Positions 63,826 to 64,000 of a stretch of 64,000 nucleotides of DNA are shown here, piece after piece (the first letter of the stretch is position 1; each line of letters begins with the position of its first letter). Source of the DNA: Paramoeba atlantica (taxonomy: Eukaryota > Protista > Discosea); assembly GCA_977017575.1 (NCBI GenBank), contig CDRNVI010000019.1, positions 434,001 through 498,000 of the forward strand, in the 5' to 3' direction. A model generated the notes under the pieces. It worked only from the letters and a program-made list of their open reading frames with translations. It was not told the origin of the DNA and searched no databases. A program made the translations under genes and the position numbers.

Positions 63826-64000
63826 TAAATTTTGGCTTCACTGTAAGTTTATTCTGATTTATAATACAGCTATCATTTTTAATAAAACAGTTTCTGATCT
63901 TTCTGACATTTCCAGACGTGTCTCCCACATGGGGCATTACCGCTGTGTTTTCAGTTTTCAAAGTGATGAATACTAGTACTTGACTAGCGTTGAATGGTTC

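Noticed and set aside
1-64000. Reassigned stop codons as in Blastocrithidia
   Set aside because: Long housekeeping ORFs (2678, 1330 and 805 aa) are open under the standard code; in-frame stops were seen only in transposon relics.
1-64000. Plus-strand ORFs in the six-frame track that overlap host genes (e.g. 54745-55284, 20967-21302, 19768-20196)
   Set aside because: Antisense shadows of recognised minus-strand genes, with no motifs.
1-64000. tRNA, rRNA or U snRNA genes
   Set aside because: GGTTCGA hits (about 9682, 18590, 59205) have no cloverleaf context; no rRNA or U snRNA signature was recognised by eye.

Overview
Eukaryotic DNA, most likely from a kinetoplastid (a Perkinsela-like or bodonid lineage is plausible but not proven). 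About 25 intronless host genes all lie on the minus strand across the window, and several have a pyrimidine tract plus AG just before the ATG, as expected for one polycistronic unit processed by spliced-leader (SL) trans-splicing. Recognisable genes: LRR protein, AlkB-like dioxygenase, Yar1-like ankyrin protein, Prp18, Cet1-type RNA triphosphatase, COQ5, STRAP, GCN1, glycyl-tRNA synthetase, ELP3, a CDF/MTP transporter, Mog1, ATP11, a Sen1/Upf1-like helicase, a long coiled-coil protein, MCT-1, CAF1, RPA12, MCM6 and UTP18. Intergenic blocks (about 1-3.4, 6.2-12.8, 16.4-18.6, 37.7-39.4 and 57.9-64 kb) are nests of decayed DNA transposons: a hAT-like element with a 6-bp TSD, a hAT MITE with an 8-bp TSD, Merlin, pogo/Tc1 and several MITEs, plus a CRE-like retrotransposon tail. 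Best candidates for something new: (1) a dispersed repeat headed by a kinetoplastid SL exon plus GT donor, present twice and sense to the polycistron, one copy inserted into a Merlin transposase starting at about SL +1; (2) a pogo DD30D transposase fused to a Ulp1-like C48 protease; (3) the 6-bp-TSD hAT-like element, whose empty site is also in the window; (4) an MCM6 with a Walker-B E-to-D change. All identifications are by eye from motifs; no database searches were run.
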